Of a stretch of DNA of 64,000 nucleotides, positions 37,722-52,103 are shown piece by piece. The stretch's first letter is position 1. Every line of letters starts with the position of its first letter. The stretch is from Vermamoeba vermiformis (lineage: Eukaryota): assembly GCA_045837725.1 (NCBI GenBank), contig JBEWZL010000267.1, forward strand, positions 124,001 to 188,000. Reading direction: 5' to 3'. Made by a program: the position numbers and the translations under genes. The notes beneath the pieces are model-generated. The model made no database searches, had not been told where the DNA came from, and worked only from the letters and a program-made list of their open reading frames with translations.

Positions 37722-40242
37722 ATGGAAATCGAATCAAGCGCATCAGAGAACCGTTTTTCTCATTTATTAAAGCCAATCAGGTAAATAACGCGAGAACAAT
37801 TATACATAGGGTATATTATGGACGAATTCAGGCTTGATTTATTTTAGATTTATTTACAGAATTAAATAACGAATTATTCATTTTGCTTACAGAGATCTGG
37901 CTGAAAATTGGAACATCGATATCGCTAAAGACTTGGAGGATTATTTATCAGAATTAGAACATATTACATTCGAGTTTGATGGTGTGGGAAAAACTCTAAA
38001 TTTTGCAGAAGGTAAGGTCCCTCAGACTTTAAGTCGCTATTATTTATTAATTTTTAAAATATTACATTTATTAATGGACTTATTTAGCCGCGTTATTGAT
38101 TCAAGGATCTACTTGCGTCTACAGCAAAAAAGTTGAATACCTTTACACGTTAATCTACAAAACGCTCGAATTGATCGTTGAGAAAAAGTAAGCATATACG
38201 ATGCTATAGATAATACTACAGAGCAATAGGATTAATTATAATCGATTTAGAAAGCAAAAATTTCAAAAACAAGATAGCTCGATCCGCGATGATGGCAAAG
38301 ACGCAGATATCTTCGATGACGACAATATCGATCTGACTGCCTTGGATGATATGCTAGAAGGTACCTGCTATACTACAGTCGTATTTTGAGGGATTTGAGT
38401 GCTAATGTATTGTTTGTACAGAGGCGACAAACATCGACTTGGACGAGGGTCCCGATATGAATGTGCATGATAATGATCGCCAGTCGTTGCTTCGTCGTCA
38501 AAGTGCATTGAACGACTACGCTAACAGAGCTGTTGCATCGCTCTCGCTCACTCTTGGTCGCGACTTGGCCGATCCAAACAAATCTGACTTTAAACTTAAT
38601 AGCTGCTCCATGTCTGCGACTGGTGCGTTGTTATTAGGCCAAGGTCTAGACTTGCTCGGTACCTCCGATAATTGGTTCGCTAGAGACTTTGCTGCCGCAT
38701 CTGTGCCTCAGATTCGCATTGATGGAATTGCTGAAGACAACGGCGATAATCATATTAATATGGCTGTTGATGGTATCGACATCGACGATAATATCGAAGC
38801 TAATGGAGACCTTGGTGACGATATTGAGCCCGAAGCAGCTCATTTCAACGAAAACGGAGCGGATCACGAGCAAAATGAAGCAGCTCCTGAAAATGTGGAT
38901 AAAAAGGCCGAAAAAGCGAAGCAAAAGCGACGACAGACGTTAATGAATCCTTGGGAGTGCCTTGATCCGCACGATCCTAGCGACATTGCCGAAAAGCCGT
39001 TCAAAAAAGGCAAAACTTACAAGATCCCGCCCGCGCCTTCAAAGATTAAAGAAAAAATCAACTCATTGCCTACCTTGATGCCAGATCTCCATATCATCAC
39101 GTCTCCCGACCAAATAGCCTTCTCGTCGAATTATTTCGTCAAACCTTTCCATCCAGAATTTCAATATTTGTACGACAAGGAGATCCAGCGACGAATTGCC
39201 ACTCAAAAGCAGCAAAAGAAGGCTAAGATGTTGCAGGAACTTGCTGAGACAGGCATATATAACGAGGATGAACAAGAGGAACTCGAGTCTGTTCAAAATC
39301 TTATGCCTTATGTTGTACGTACTGGATGCGGATCTTATCAAAATTCAAATATTAATTCTGTTTATTATAGGATAATGAGGCGAATATGGATGATGACGAC
39401 GATATGTTGCCTATCGCTCTCGAGCCTCAACTTAACGAGGATGAAGAGACCTTAACTGCCTTACAGAGCCACGAACAACGATCGCGCGAGGATGGCGTTG
39501 GCATGACTTACGAAGACTTATGCAAGGCGCATATTGTAAGTGGAAGTCTATATCGGCGAAGCGAGATCTCGTCCGTTACGTTTTCAAGATCTGACCGAAA
39601 ATTTATTAGGAACAATACACGAGCGCAGCAGAGCAATACTTCCAACAAACAGCGTTATCTAAGCGCGTAGCCGAATGGAACTCAAAACTAACGCCGTTGC
39701 TGCAAGAACAAGACGCTAGACCTTCATTCGATATTAAGCACTACTGCCAGACTCTACTGAGCGGATTCCCCGAAAAGAAATCGAATAAGACCGTACAAGA
39801 ACGCGCAGAGGTCGTATTTGCTGCTACAGAGCCTTACGACGCGTGCAGAAAGTTCGTTGCAATGCTGCAGCTGGCTAACTCCGGCAACATTGAGATTATT
39901 GCTGATAAGACGCGTACTGGACACGATAATATTTCGTGCAAGTTGCTGTCTGATAAGCTGCGAGAAGACGCGTTCGATGAATACGACTTTACTGGCGAGA
40001 AAGGAGATTCGAGCAACGGATTCGCTGATCTGCGCCAAGAATCGCGAGAGGAGCCTTCTGATAATGGCGATGAAGATGACGAAGAAGTTGTAGTTAAGAA
40101 GAAAGCAGCTTCAAAGTCAAAACGAGCGCCTAAAAAGCCTGCGACAAACAACAAATCTAAAAAGAACAGCCGAAAGAAAGCTGACGAGGATAAAGAGAAC
40201 ATATTCAACGGTCCTCGACCGCTAGAAGTCAGCGAATATTAA
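37722..40242 (+). CDS. NCAPH2: Condensin II kleisin subunit H2; multi-exon
   Basis: [100 protein letters not shown]. Confidence 0.95.
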
Positions 40243-40774
40243 TATAACCATAATTACTGTATTATAGAAGTTTTAAATTGATAAGTTTTACTTACCCGAT
40301 TTCTTTTTAATTATGATTCGCTACCTATGGCCTGATAATAATGTGATGTTGCTGAGCAAGTATAAGGTATAATTATAAATAGTCTAGTGTCGATTAGACG
40401 TGTTCGTTACTGAATTGATCCGGATACAAGCTGTCATTTTAGTTCTTCCAGTGACATAGGTAACAGAGCTTATTCTACGGTGAATTTGCGTTTCAGTTTG
40501 CGCTGTCAAGTAAATTATGATATTTTCTGTCAGTTCTTTGCAAAATTTCTCCGAGTTTTGAGACTGACGTCAGATTTGTCTTCAAAAAAACGCCTAAAAT
40601 CGTTGTTTTGTCGGTTCATTTTCAACTTTATTGCCGAAAACGAGCAACACAACACGCGAGTATCGATCACACATTGTTCGGCTTCGTATTCTCACACGAA
40701 AGTTCCAACGCGAAGTTTTACGAAAAGTTTCCTGCCTCCACCCACATAAATTTCGTCATTTTAAATTACACCTC

Positions 40775-41243
40775 ATGAACGACAACCTCAAGTCTGCTAT
40801 TTTAGCTAACATCTCATTGGTCGTACTTATTTTCTTGTGTATTTTATTCGTCGAAGGAATCAAAGCTACATCTCAAGGCAACACAATGTCGAGCAACCAA
40901 CAACACAAGCCAACCGAACAAGAGGTAATTATCATATTTAAATGAAATAGATTTTGTAGATTATTTGGCCAGTTTGAAAATTTTTCAATAATTATCGAAA
41001 TAATTCATTAATTTAATTACAACGCAGATCGCTGACATCGCGAAGCGACACCATCAACCCGATATCCACCGCGAGACTCGCGACAGATTGAAGGACTTGA
41101 TTGGCGATACTGCAAATGTACAACAACAAAATCCAAACCATCCCTTCAAAGAAACTGTTGGTACGTATTACTTGATCGTGCAGCTAATTGAATATTATGA
41201 CTAATGTAATTACAATGTAGAGACCAACCCGAACAAGCATTGA
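40775..41243 (+). CDS. Small hypothetical protein with possible signal/TM helix, 3 exons
   Basis: MNDNLKSAILANISLVVLIFLCILFVEG...EQE|IADIAKRHHQPD...TV|ETNPNKH*; alternative start at ~40886. Confidence 0.6.
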
Positions 41244-41368
41244 AATAACTGAGAGCGAAAATAAGCGCAGATTTCTCGATCACCGAAGAAATTTTGTAGC
41301 GGCTTTTAGCTTGGTCTTATCTGTGTATATACAATAAATTATTTATTAACAGTATTGTAGTTACGATA

Positions 41369-41809
41369 TTATTTCTTTTTGCGGTCTTTTTGATTCAAAA
41401 CTTCCTTTCTGGTGTTCGCATGTGGATTTAAGCTATGAGTTTTGATTGATTTCAACTTTCCTGGCTTATCCTTCTCTGATTTTTCAATAATAGCATTTTC
41501 TATTTGCTTATGAATGTATTTGGTCAAGGCCTAAGAAAATGTCGGTCAGATCATGCACGAAAAATTAGATAATTTATCTATAATAATTACCTGGCCCTTT
41601 TTGCCTGTGTCCTTAGTCTTCTTATTAACCTTGCCTGTATTAATCACAATTAATTAATATTAGATTTGATTCTGAGATGAGATCCGTAACGGTTAAATCC
41701 AAACTCCACAACTCGGTTTATAGTAGAACTAATTATACGTACCTCCTTTAGGTTTGCGAAGTTCAACTTGCTTAGGCTTCGTTTTCGTTTTGGTAGCTCC
41801 TTGTGGCAT
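41369..41809 (-). CDS. UPF0390 / C19orf53-like (DUF2462) small basic protein, 3 exons (missed by the ORF track)
   Basis: MPQGATKTK...KG|GKVNKK...GQ|ALTKYIHKQIENAIIEKS...GKLKSIK fits the M(A/P)QG...LT..I...IE pattern. Confidence 0.7.
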
Positions 41810-41940
41810 GTTGTGCTCGTGTCAAAAATCGATCTTGAAATGACTGCAAGATCGAGCTGAACTGAAGACCACAAACTATCATTTTTTAATTAATTTATTG
41901 CACATAATATTATCATACTCGTATTGCTTAGAAACGAATA

Positions 41941-43553
41941 ATGGCAGAAGAGATTCAGGGAGATCGAAATGCTGGCGAAGTCGTAATTGTAAGCCAATAA
42001 CTATTCCTAATAATTTTATTAATTTTATTAGTACATGTATGCTATATAATTTGCATTAGTATAGAAGAAGCTATCGTGTTAATTTTCGCGCCGAAATTGT
42101 AATTAATTTTTAAATATCGTTTAAGAAATGAGATAATGCCTATTTTAACGCGCGTATTACATTTAATTATAATTATATTATTGTTGATGAAATTATTGAC
42201 GGAATTATTTTTTAGATTGATTTTGGAAATGATGCAGCTGGATCCGGGGTCAATCTCAAGCGTAAAGCAGAACTTGACGCGAGAATGAAACAACGCGAAG
42301 AAGAATTGAAAAGGAAACATAATGAAGGCAATGGAAGCAACACTAGCGGATCTGATCCTCAACAAATTGCTAAAAATTTTGATACTCAATTTACAGCCAT
42401 GAAAAAAGGTATAATAACACCACTTATGCATATTAAAATATAGGCTAAAATATATTCGCATAATAAAGATATGAATGAAAGATTGGAGCAAGCTCGATCC
42501 GGCAAATTTTCAGCTGATGAATTAACGACGCAATTCGATTATATGATCGATTTAATACAAAAAATGAAGAGTATATTATCGTTATCGGCGTCATCGTTGA
42601 ATTCATATGAATTACAGCAATCCCAAAAAGTAAGTCTAAAGCTACATCCGCAGTACGCGACAAGAAATTTCTTACTTTAAACGTCTATTATGATTCTAAT
42701 TATTTATAGTATATTGATGGTATAGAACAAGAGGTGCCTAAAGCTAAAGAAGAGCTATTACCTAAGAAAAAATTTGCCTTTAGCAAAAATAAGAAGAAGG
42801 CCACATCCACAACAACAAGCGATACTTCGAGTAATAGCACTAATATAAGTACTGCTAGCTCTAGTAACGTTGTGGATATTATTGGCAAGACAGTTAAAGA
42901 CATTTCAGATCAGATCTTGGTCTATACACAAAACGAGTACGTAACGGCTTAAAACTAACTTAAATTAATCGCTAATGCCTAATATTCCAGTGATTTTACG
43001 TTTATGAATATTAAGAATAGCACTGTATATATTATTTGCGTATCGAATGCCGTTCGAATAGCGCAAGCGACAAATTGCAAATTTTATTTCGGACCAGTAG
43101 CTGGATCCGTCTTTATTGATAAGTGCGATCATTGCGTATTCCATGTAGCTTCCAGACAGGTATTTATTTATATTATTATAAGAGCTTATTTGGATTTAAC
43201 GAAAATTCTAACCACATCCGTTTTTTTAGATTCGAATCCACACCACGCATGAATGCGATTTCTATTTAAACGTACAAAGTAGACCTACTATCGAACATTG
43301 TAATGCTATTCGATTTGCACCGTATTCTTTCGAATATGAAGGCAGATCAAGCGACTTTCAAGTGCGTACTGAAAAAACCTTTGAGATCTGCAGTTGGAGC
43401 TAACGATTTGTTTCTTAGAGCTCTGGATTTAATGATAAGGATAATCAATGGCAAGACGTTCAAGATTTTAATTGGCTCAAGCCTAATTCACCTAATTGGT
43501 CTGTTATTGGCGATCCAGATCGCGTTGCTGAAAATTACGTTCCAAATAAATAA
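41941..43553 (+). CDS. TBCC: Tubulin-specific chaperone C; multi-exon
   Basis: LNSYELQQSQK, LLPKKKFAF, GPVAGSVFI..C..C, ASRQ|IRIHTTHECDFYL.VQSRPTIEHC, WQDVQDFNWLK.NSPNW. Confidence 0.95.
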
Positions 43554-44340
43554 ACATTAATCGCTAGTAAGCGTATGCTTCGTAAATCGATACGAATTAT
43601 TATGCTTCATTCTTGGCAAAGTTTTTAATCCTCCACGGATTTGACACTTTATTTTTGGTTGCGGTGATTAAATTTGCCCATATCCAATGCTAAAAATAAT
43701 AATTTATTTACACATACTGCGATAAGACGAGGCTAATACCCGTACTAGCTCCGGATTTACAACATTAGTTAATTAAAACTTATTTCAAAACGTACCTTTC
43801 GGCCAAATTTGATTGCGCCTTCCACCTACGAGCCTTTTCGAAGCAATTCACATCGTTCTACTTTCTATTGACGTGTGGCCTTACGCTTGACACGACTTCA
43901 AAAACAAGACGAAACAGAACACCACAAACACCACCTCAATTTATTGCCACTACAATAGCAACATTATTAAAATATTTCATATGTTTCAGCGAGTCGCTAA
44001 CTGCGTTTTCGCTCGTGCGGTCCCGAATTTGAAACAGATACAATCTAAAAGTAAGTTTCTGCGTAAGATTAATATTGCCACAAATTATTATTATTTTTAC
44101 CACGCAAAATTTTAAATGGAGCAACTCTAATTTTTCGATCGAAATTTTTGAATCGCGTTTCAAAATTCTAAAACGATCTAGGAGGCAACAATTTTGGACT
44201 TCAAGATAATACTTACGCACATATAAATTAATAAGTTACATTTAGCTCACTTTGGTCGCCCATTGGAATTCCGCACCCCAACCAAATCAAGATCTTGCAT
44301 CGCGACAAACAGCGATCTCTGCCGGTAAGCTAGAAATACA

Positions 44341-46127
44341 ATGATTAAACGTGCTCAATCGTAAACAGAGAATTGTCATTTCTCAAAACTCGCTCTTTCT
44401 GGTCAAGCAAGCCACAAAAACAGGCAAAAAGGCAATCCGCACGCGACACTACACGATCTCCAGCGCAAGCAATACCAGAGGAAGAAAAAAAGAAAAACTT
44501 TCCCGTGAACGGTGCTATCGATGCAAAGAAGCGGCTTCTCTATTGCTATGTCGATCCAGAACCACAAATTAACCGGACTCTGATCCCTGGAATTCGTAAA
44601 GGATCTTACATCATGCTACACGGTCCTCGTGCTTCAGGCAAATCAACGTTAATGTTCCGAGCTCAAGAATTGTTGAAGGATGAATTTGTTTGCCTCACAG
44701 TTTCAATCCAAGGCTTAAACTGCAGCGGTGTCAAAATATTCTGGAAAGAATTCAGTGCAGCTCTGCAAGAAGAAAACAAGCACGTAAAAGTTCCTCTTAT
44801 GGCTTCAGGTGGTGATTTTCGACAATTTTTGGCTTCTTCAAAACAGACAAAGTTATTTGGAGGAAAGAAAGTTGTTCTTTTTGTTGACGAATTTGATACA
44901 CTCTACGGTGCACCTAAAAAAGTGCTCGACTCAATTTTGAACACACTGCGAGCAATCAAGCAAGCAGGAGAATCATATTGCCTGCAATCTTTCATCGGTG
45001 TTGGACCCTTCAGCATTCTGGAGTTAACTGGCCAAGCAACTTCTCCTTTCAATATCAGAGACGCCATGCAACTTCAGTACTGGACAAAAGAACAAGTGCA
45101 TCACTTATTTGAACAACACTACACCACAGTAGACTCCAAGATTATCGATGATATCTATGAAAGGACAGCAGGCCATCCTGGTCTTGTTTGCATTTGTGGT
45201 AAACAGATTACTACGTTGCAGATCAGGACATACCAAGCATGGCTGGAATATGCATTGTCGAGGCTATTAGCAGATGTGGCTTCATGGCCGACATTAATCA
45301 AGATGGAGCAAGCATTAACTAGAAGTGATCCAATGATAGAGGCAGTGAGAGCAGTGCTCAGAAAATGGTTTTTGCCCAACCTTACTGCACCAGTGGATAT
45401 TGATGTCAATTCTCAAGAGGTCAAATATTTGGCTGCCGAAGGAGCTCTGATCGCAGTACCACCAAGTGATGCAACATACAGAATACCATCGCCTTTCATC
45501 CATCAATTATTGCAACAACGAGTGAATGTAGTCGACAAGCACCGTGCTCCTGTAAGTCCTGTTCCATGGTGTTCTGTCCGTGGCCAAATTGGGAGGAGGC
45601 TCGATGTGCAACAATTGCTTGTGCAGGCAATTGCTTGCATCAACCCTGTGGTGATCGACACTGCACCAAGAGTTTCTTGGAAGATTGCTCAAGTACCTGG
45701 GCTACAACGAGCATTTGTACCACAAGAAGCTGTTTACCACACTGAATTGTTTGCCATTCTACGAGCTTGGCTGACATCTGATGTGTCTGTGTTCAGTGAA
45801 GTCAATGTGAAGAAAGCAAACTCAACACAATATTGTGACTTGGCATTGAAACACCCTAATTATACAGCATTGTTAGAGTTGGTAGCCACAGCTCCCATTG
45901 CCCAGATTCAGGAACATATTAATCGAGCTGCTACATACAAAGCAGAGCTCAATGCAGAAGAGGCATGGGTCATCAACTTCACAATGCAAAAACCCACTGA
46001 AAACTACATGTACACCTCAATTACCAGTCATGACGTCAAGATATTGCATGTGTGGCATGATGAAACTTTCACTGAAGTGGAGTACTGGAGTTATGCAGAT
46101 AATGATTTTATTCCTATTTTACGGTGA
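44341..46127 (+). CDS. CR-effector-like AAA/STAND NTPase + PD-(D/E)xK nuclease; 2 exons
   Basis: MIKRAQS|KPQ via intron 44361-44407. Walker A LHGPRASGKST, Walker B VLFVDEFD, SPFN, TAGHPGL; nuclease EAVYHTEL...VFSEV...YCDLAL...LLELVAT...AWVINFT. Confidence 0.85.
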
Positions 46128-46790
46128 GCAACACTCAATTATTGGTGGTATCAATTAACAAAATTAATATTTAGTACAACCAATGGCAGTAACATCCGTA
46201 ATTCTTGAGCCAAAGTGGAGTTTGGAGCTGATTAAAAAATTATGTAGAGAGCTGGATGAATCAACAGCAACTGTAAAATGTTATGTTAATAAAGATTATC
46301 TCATATTATTGGATTGCCTCAGGAAACGTTATCCGCAGTAGGCAAGACTTCGCCTCGTGCCACGATTTTCAAAATTTGTCGACACCAAAAAAATCCGAAA
46401 GAACGAGGCACGCTATTAAAAACTGAACGATTACGTCGAGAGCACGAGCATGCAGTGACATTAATTACCGCATAGAGGCACAAGAATTTGTCCAACAAAC
46501 CTAGCTCCACAGTCGCAGCGAAAGTCTGAAAAAGGCGAAGAGTGACGCGATGTTCTAGAGAAGCAAGCTAATTAATTAATACATTATTTGCAATTATTAC
46601 ATGAAAGTCTTGGTTAAAATCGTGCGAAAAATTTGTTATTTTCATTTTTAAATCTGAAATAAACGTGGACATCCACGTTTGGCGAATCGGCTGTGTAAAA
46701 ATTCCACTGCACGAAGAAAAATTACACGTAGACATGGCAGAGCCAGTAAATTTTAGCGCCTCTTGAACGGAAAAAACTGTTAAAATTGTT

Positions 46791-48380
46791 ATGCTATCGT
46801 TGTTGAAGAACACAACCAAAGTTTTACTTGTTCATAAGCGTAGCTTATATACATCTCTATTCAACATGGTCAAGACGAAGAAAGCTAAAATTGCACCGGC
46901 AATCGTGTCTCCAATCAAAACTATTCAGATTGAAGATCCTAGCTGGTTCAAATTCAACGCTACCACTGAAGAATTAACGTTAGATAATACACTACCATCT
47001 GGCCAAGTATTTAGGTGGAAGAAATTAACAGATGCGAATAACCAAGCAGTGTGGCGTGGCGTGATCAGAGATCGAGTTTTTACTTTCGTTCAATTAACGG
47101 ACCAAATTAAATACAACGTAGCTCCTGAACTGCCTGAAAAGGTAGTACTAGTATTTTAATTAATAAGCAATTTTGAAAATTAATTTTTAATTAATTAAAA
47201 TTAACGGGTCGCGTGACCACTTCTCAACGATCAAAATTATCATAATTGTTAGCATAATACTAATAATAATATATTACGTATATTAGGAGTCTTTGGAGCT
47301 TCTCAACGATTATTTTCAAATGAAACATAAGCTAGCGGATTTGTACAAGACTTGGTCTACGTCAAAAACCATCAAAGAAGAGGCAGAAAAATCAACAAAA
47401 AAATCAAAATCAACGCCTGATATTAATGCAGAGTTTAAATGGGCCGGATCTCGAATTAAAGGCCTTCGATTAATTCGACAAGATCCGCACGAGTGTTTAT
47501 TCTCGTTTATTTGCTCTCAAAATAATAACGTTGCTAGAATTAGTCAAATGGTTGAAAAATTATGCGCTAAATATGGTAAGCCTATTACTATATTTGGATC
47601 AGTCGGATCTAATAGTGGATCGTTTAGGCACTTTAATTACAACGCTCGATGAAGTTTCGTATTATAAATTCCCCGAATTAAATCAATTAGAGAAAGCGAC
47701 TGAAGAAGAATTGAAAGAATTAGGGTTTGGTTATAGAGCCCGGTACATTGTCGCCTCAGTGAAACAGGTAGGATATTAGTTATCATGAAAATTTCCTAAT
47801 TTGGTAATTTAATGAAGGTTAAAGAGAAAGGCGATGATTGGTTGATTAATTTGCGACAAAAACCACGTGATGACGCGTGTCAAGAATTGACGACCTTAAC
47901 AGGTTCGTACTTGATAAACAATATTTCCTTATATAGTAATGCTTATATCGTTTATTTTCATGAATAGGTGTTGGCAAAAAAGTCGCGGATTGCACGGCGT
48001 TATTTTCGTTAGATAAATTGGATCTCGTTCCAGTTGACACGCACGTTTGGCAAATAGCACAACGATTCATGCCTAAATTAGGAAAGAAGTCGTTGAATCC
48101 ACAGATCTACGTCGAAATCGGAGATTTTTTCCGTGAAAAGTTCGGAGATTTGGCAGGCTGGGCTCATTCCATCTTATTCGCAGCCGAATTATCTTCGTTC
48201 AGAAAAGCCCTCGGATCCGACGATAATAACAATAACGATATTAAAGAAGAGAATAATAGTGACAATAGTAAGAGTAATATGGTGATTGAAGGAGTTTTGG
48301 ATGAAGTTGCTGGAAGTAGCGAGTTGGATCGAGCACGAAGAAATTTGAAACGAAAATTTGACGAGGTGGATAAAGAATAA
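46791..48380 (+). CDS. OGG1: 8-oxoguanine DNA glycosylase; multi-exon, possible mitochondrial presequence before a second Met (~46866)
   Basis: TLPSGQVFRW; GLRLIRQDPHECLFSFICSQNNN..RI; LGFGYRARY; HhH-GPD GVGKKVADC..L..VPVDTHVWQIA; AGWAHSILF. Confidence 0.96.
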
Positions 48381-48509
48381 ACAATAGTATTTGTCAATAC
48401 ATTTAGTACATATAAGATACGATTATATTGTATATATATTAATACCACACTGGTTTCGGCTGAATTTAAATTCCCGCGCAAGTTGCAAAATTTTAATTGT
48501 ATTTGTAAA

Positions 48510-51500
48510 ATGTCAAAAGCACCACAAGTAACCATAAATGAGCTGGTTGAAAATAGTAAGACCACTGTACCAATATTAAGGCAAATATTAGAATACTACC
48601 GGAAGCAAAAGACGGATCTTCAACATCCAACGCTGAAGGCAGAGTTGCAGGAGCTCCTGCGGCGTTGTTTGGCAAATAATAATTTGGTGCATATTAAATT
48701 GTATAAAAGATATGGAAATAACCTTGTCTTCCCTCCAACGGTGGATTCGAAATCCGATTCAGATTTGGCCTCAAACGTCGAAGCGAAATCAACAACTGGT
48801 GGCGAGGTTAACAACGAAAATCATTCTTCTATAATTCTAGCCTCTTCGAAGAAGCCTACCAAGCAAATCAAAATCAAGGTTGCAAAAACTGCTGAAAATG
48901 GCGCGCGAAGCGGATCCGAAGCAAAAAAACATGGTAAATGCCGTTTAGTAACATAGTAAGGGTCACAGCCATTAATGATTCGTTATTTAGTGATATCTAC
49001 TGGAATTTTGGCCGATCGGCCTTTTCAATCTAAATCTTATGAATCAACGCCATCAAAATACGCTCATATTTGGGAGGTAATTGCAATCTGCTTGAATAAT
49101 TGTTATTAGTACTAAATCTGCGTTATAGATGCTCGACGAAGAGACAAAAGACTTTACTGAAATTTCAGGTCACAATTTCAATGAGACGCACTTAAGACAG
49201 GCAAAAATACATTACGATATAGAAGCCGATATGAATATTACGACCACAAACGATTCTCTTCCGAAATTCCCTTGGCTACTGTTCGATATTAACGAGATCC
49301 CAATGCACCAAGATCAAATGAAGCACTTAAATGCTGGCGACGTTAAAAAGATAATTAAATTGGAAGACAAGTACGATATGAACGAAGGTGATTGGACTAT
49401 AACTCACGTTAACGACGATAAATGGGAGCAACATTTTGGCGACATCAAATCCCGATTTAACAAGAGACGAATCGGGTTTGAAACACATATCGAATTGATT
49501 GCCGACACATTTTGCGCCATTTTTGGCTTGACCGAGATGTAAGTACGGATCCGCTAAAATTATTTTTCAAACATGTTTTTTAGGCGATACTATAAACTCC
49601 ACCATCACCCAGGATTTGATATATCTCCTTTTGTTAAGCCTGATGTATCAGTGTCGCATTGGATTTTGAGCCCCAGCACAGGCAAAGTTTACGCAAAAAT
49701 AGATCACCCAATGACGCCGTTATTGGAAGAGTTAGCGTGTAAAAAATCTCAATGGTTTCCGCTCGTTAGTCTATCAGTATTGCCGCATATTGTAGTTGAA
49801 TGCACCCAAGATCCCGCTGGCGATAAAAGCGACGTGTAAGTGTCAGATCCGATCTCGTTGACATTTTGACACTTTAAATTAATAAGCATACTGAACGACG
49901 ATTAACCGTTCTTTCAGCGTTAAACTATTGATCGAGATGGCTATGATCCGAGATTTAGAAGAAAGATTTTATAAGAAGCCTCGTCGTTTTACTCTCGGTT
50001 TCTACGTCAGACAGCAAAATTGGCAAGTGTTCGTGCTCGAGAATACAAATAAGGATCCAAATTTCAAGTACGAAGCGCATCGTGTGGCCAGCTTCGACCT
50101 TACCAACGACTACTTGACATGGCTCCAGCTTGGTGTTGTGATGGTGCGTTTGGCAGCGTACCAGACTTCTTGCACGTTGAAATTGGTTCCGAAGACAAAA
50201 GAAGAGTTGATTGACGTCTTAGAAGAAGCGAACACGATTTTGACCCAACGAGCAAATACTACCCGCCACCAGAAGCAAATCAAGGATGCACATAATGCCG
50301 TAAAAGGATCGCCTGCGCAAGAAAAAGAGCACGAAGAAGGCCACTGAAAAGAACGAGACTGCCTCGAATGACCACAAAGACAAAAAAGGAAAAAAGAGAA
50401 AAGCGTGTCATGACAGTTACAATGAAGGTCCAGATCGCAAAAAATTTAAAAAAGACTCGAACAACAAAAACGATCAGAACATCGACAATAGCTACGAGAA
50501 AATTGAAAAGCAACTGCTAGAGAAGGAGGGTCTTATCTGCTCGGTATGGCTTATTGCCACAATATTGTGATTCTAGACTAATTTTTTCTATATAGGGATA
50601 CTACACGCGAATTTATCGTTGCTTCGATGAAGTTACTGGCAAGGAGATTGCCATCAAAGAATTCGATTCTCCATCTGAAGGATATCGCGAAGCAGGACTA
50701 TTAAGCAGACTTCCAGGTACGGTAACAGACAATTATTTTTTTGCAGTTCTCATCGGAAGTAGCTCCGAAGTTGCTTTTCGTCAGCGATCTAACTAACGTT
50801 GCTATTGAAGGTCCGGGCATTGTGAAGCGGGTACGCGGAGAATTCACTGAACTGAACGGCAAGGTGCAAATATGGCTCGAGTTGTTATCGCCCCTTCCTG
50901 AGTACAACGAGCTGCACGATTTGAAGCACTTCATGCGTGGGTTTTTGGAGGTACGATAGTCGCAATTTGTCATAATATTAATGTCATATTAGGCATTGGA
51001 TTATATGCACTTTCAAAATTTTATTCACGGTGACGTCAAACACGACAATGTTATGGTAGATCCGGAGACGAACGAAATCAAACTGATCGATTTTGGCGTA
51101 AGTAACCAGCTCATGCTATAGTATATTATTAACGTTTCGATGTATGTATAGTATTCTGTGGAAATTTGGCCTGGCTGCACTTGCCGTTATTTTCACGGTG
51201 GCACACACGTGTATTTTGCGCCGGAGAGAATTTACGACGAGCCTCAAACGAACAAAATCGACGTTTTCTCGGCAGGTCTTGTCTGTGCTGAAAAGGTACC
51301 TTTATATATTGTAATAATACAGGCTAATAACTTTGTGTATGTAGATGTACGGTGTTCAGATCCGATCGTTAAAGACGCGTGAATTGTTAATTAAGAAAGT
51401 TGACGAAGGAGAATTGAGTGGATTAGCCACGGAAGAAGGAGGCTAGTATATAGATGTATTATATATAACGGTAGCTAATCGATAATATTGTGTAGTGGAT

Positions 51501-51602
51501 CTTCTTCAGCAGATGTTAAGAGAAGATCCAGATCAACGACTCAGCGCAGACGAATGCCTTCAGCATCCATTCTTAAACGATAATATGGATGTTTCATATT
51601 GA
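48510..51602 (+). CDS. CR-effector-like nuclease + kinase gene with an apparent +1 frameshift at ~50302 between the domains
   Basis: Nuclease-like KPDVSV...HIVVECTQ...TLGFYV; kinase IAIKEF, FIHGDVKHDNV, KLIDFG, GGTHVYFAPE, IDVFSAG, RLSADECLQHPFL. Confidence 0.75.
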
Positions 51603-52103
51603 TTCTCCTCATATGATTCATTTGCCAGTCGGCTTTGTACTACTACAAAGCCGAGATCGCGGGTTCAAGCTGATGCCAATCTTTCTTATATTTCCTAGTT
51701 GATTAAGGTTCAAATAAGTACTCCGGTTACGCCAGTTACAGAATCGACTCGAGAGAACCAACGCGGATCTTCTTATGATAGAGCGCTCAATCATATAAAT
51801 AATTGAATAATTTTTCTCAGACAAGTAACTAGACTTTGTTTCAGTGAACGTTGTATTTTGGCGCCTGGCCCTTTTAAATAATTTTTAATCCGAACGCAAC
51901 ATCTCGTATGACTTCATTTTCGTTTCATCATGTAGTTAAAGAATCGGAATAATAGTTGCCACCGAACAGGTAAATACGGATGAATCTAACATTAACGTTA
52001 CGTTATCCTCAAACAGGATCCAAATCGTTTCTAAAATTGATTAAAAATATTAATAATCAATATATTAATTTATTTATTGCAGATAAATCGACAATGTTAG
52101 ATT

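Noticed and set aside
43600-44030. Minus-strand splice-like signals and an in-frame TGA (selenoprotein or small gene)
   Set aside because: All frames contain stops; no SECIS or family motif seen. A spliced non-coding RNA cannot be excluded.
50717-50763. Apparent second frameshift in the kinase exons
   Set aside because: Acceptors at 50759 or 50763 restore the frame with a plausible 43-47 nt intron.
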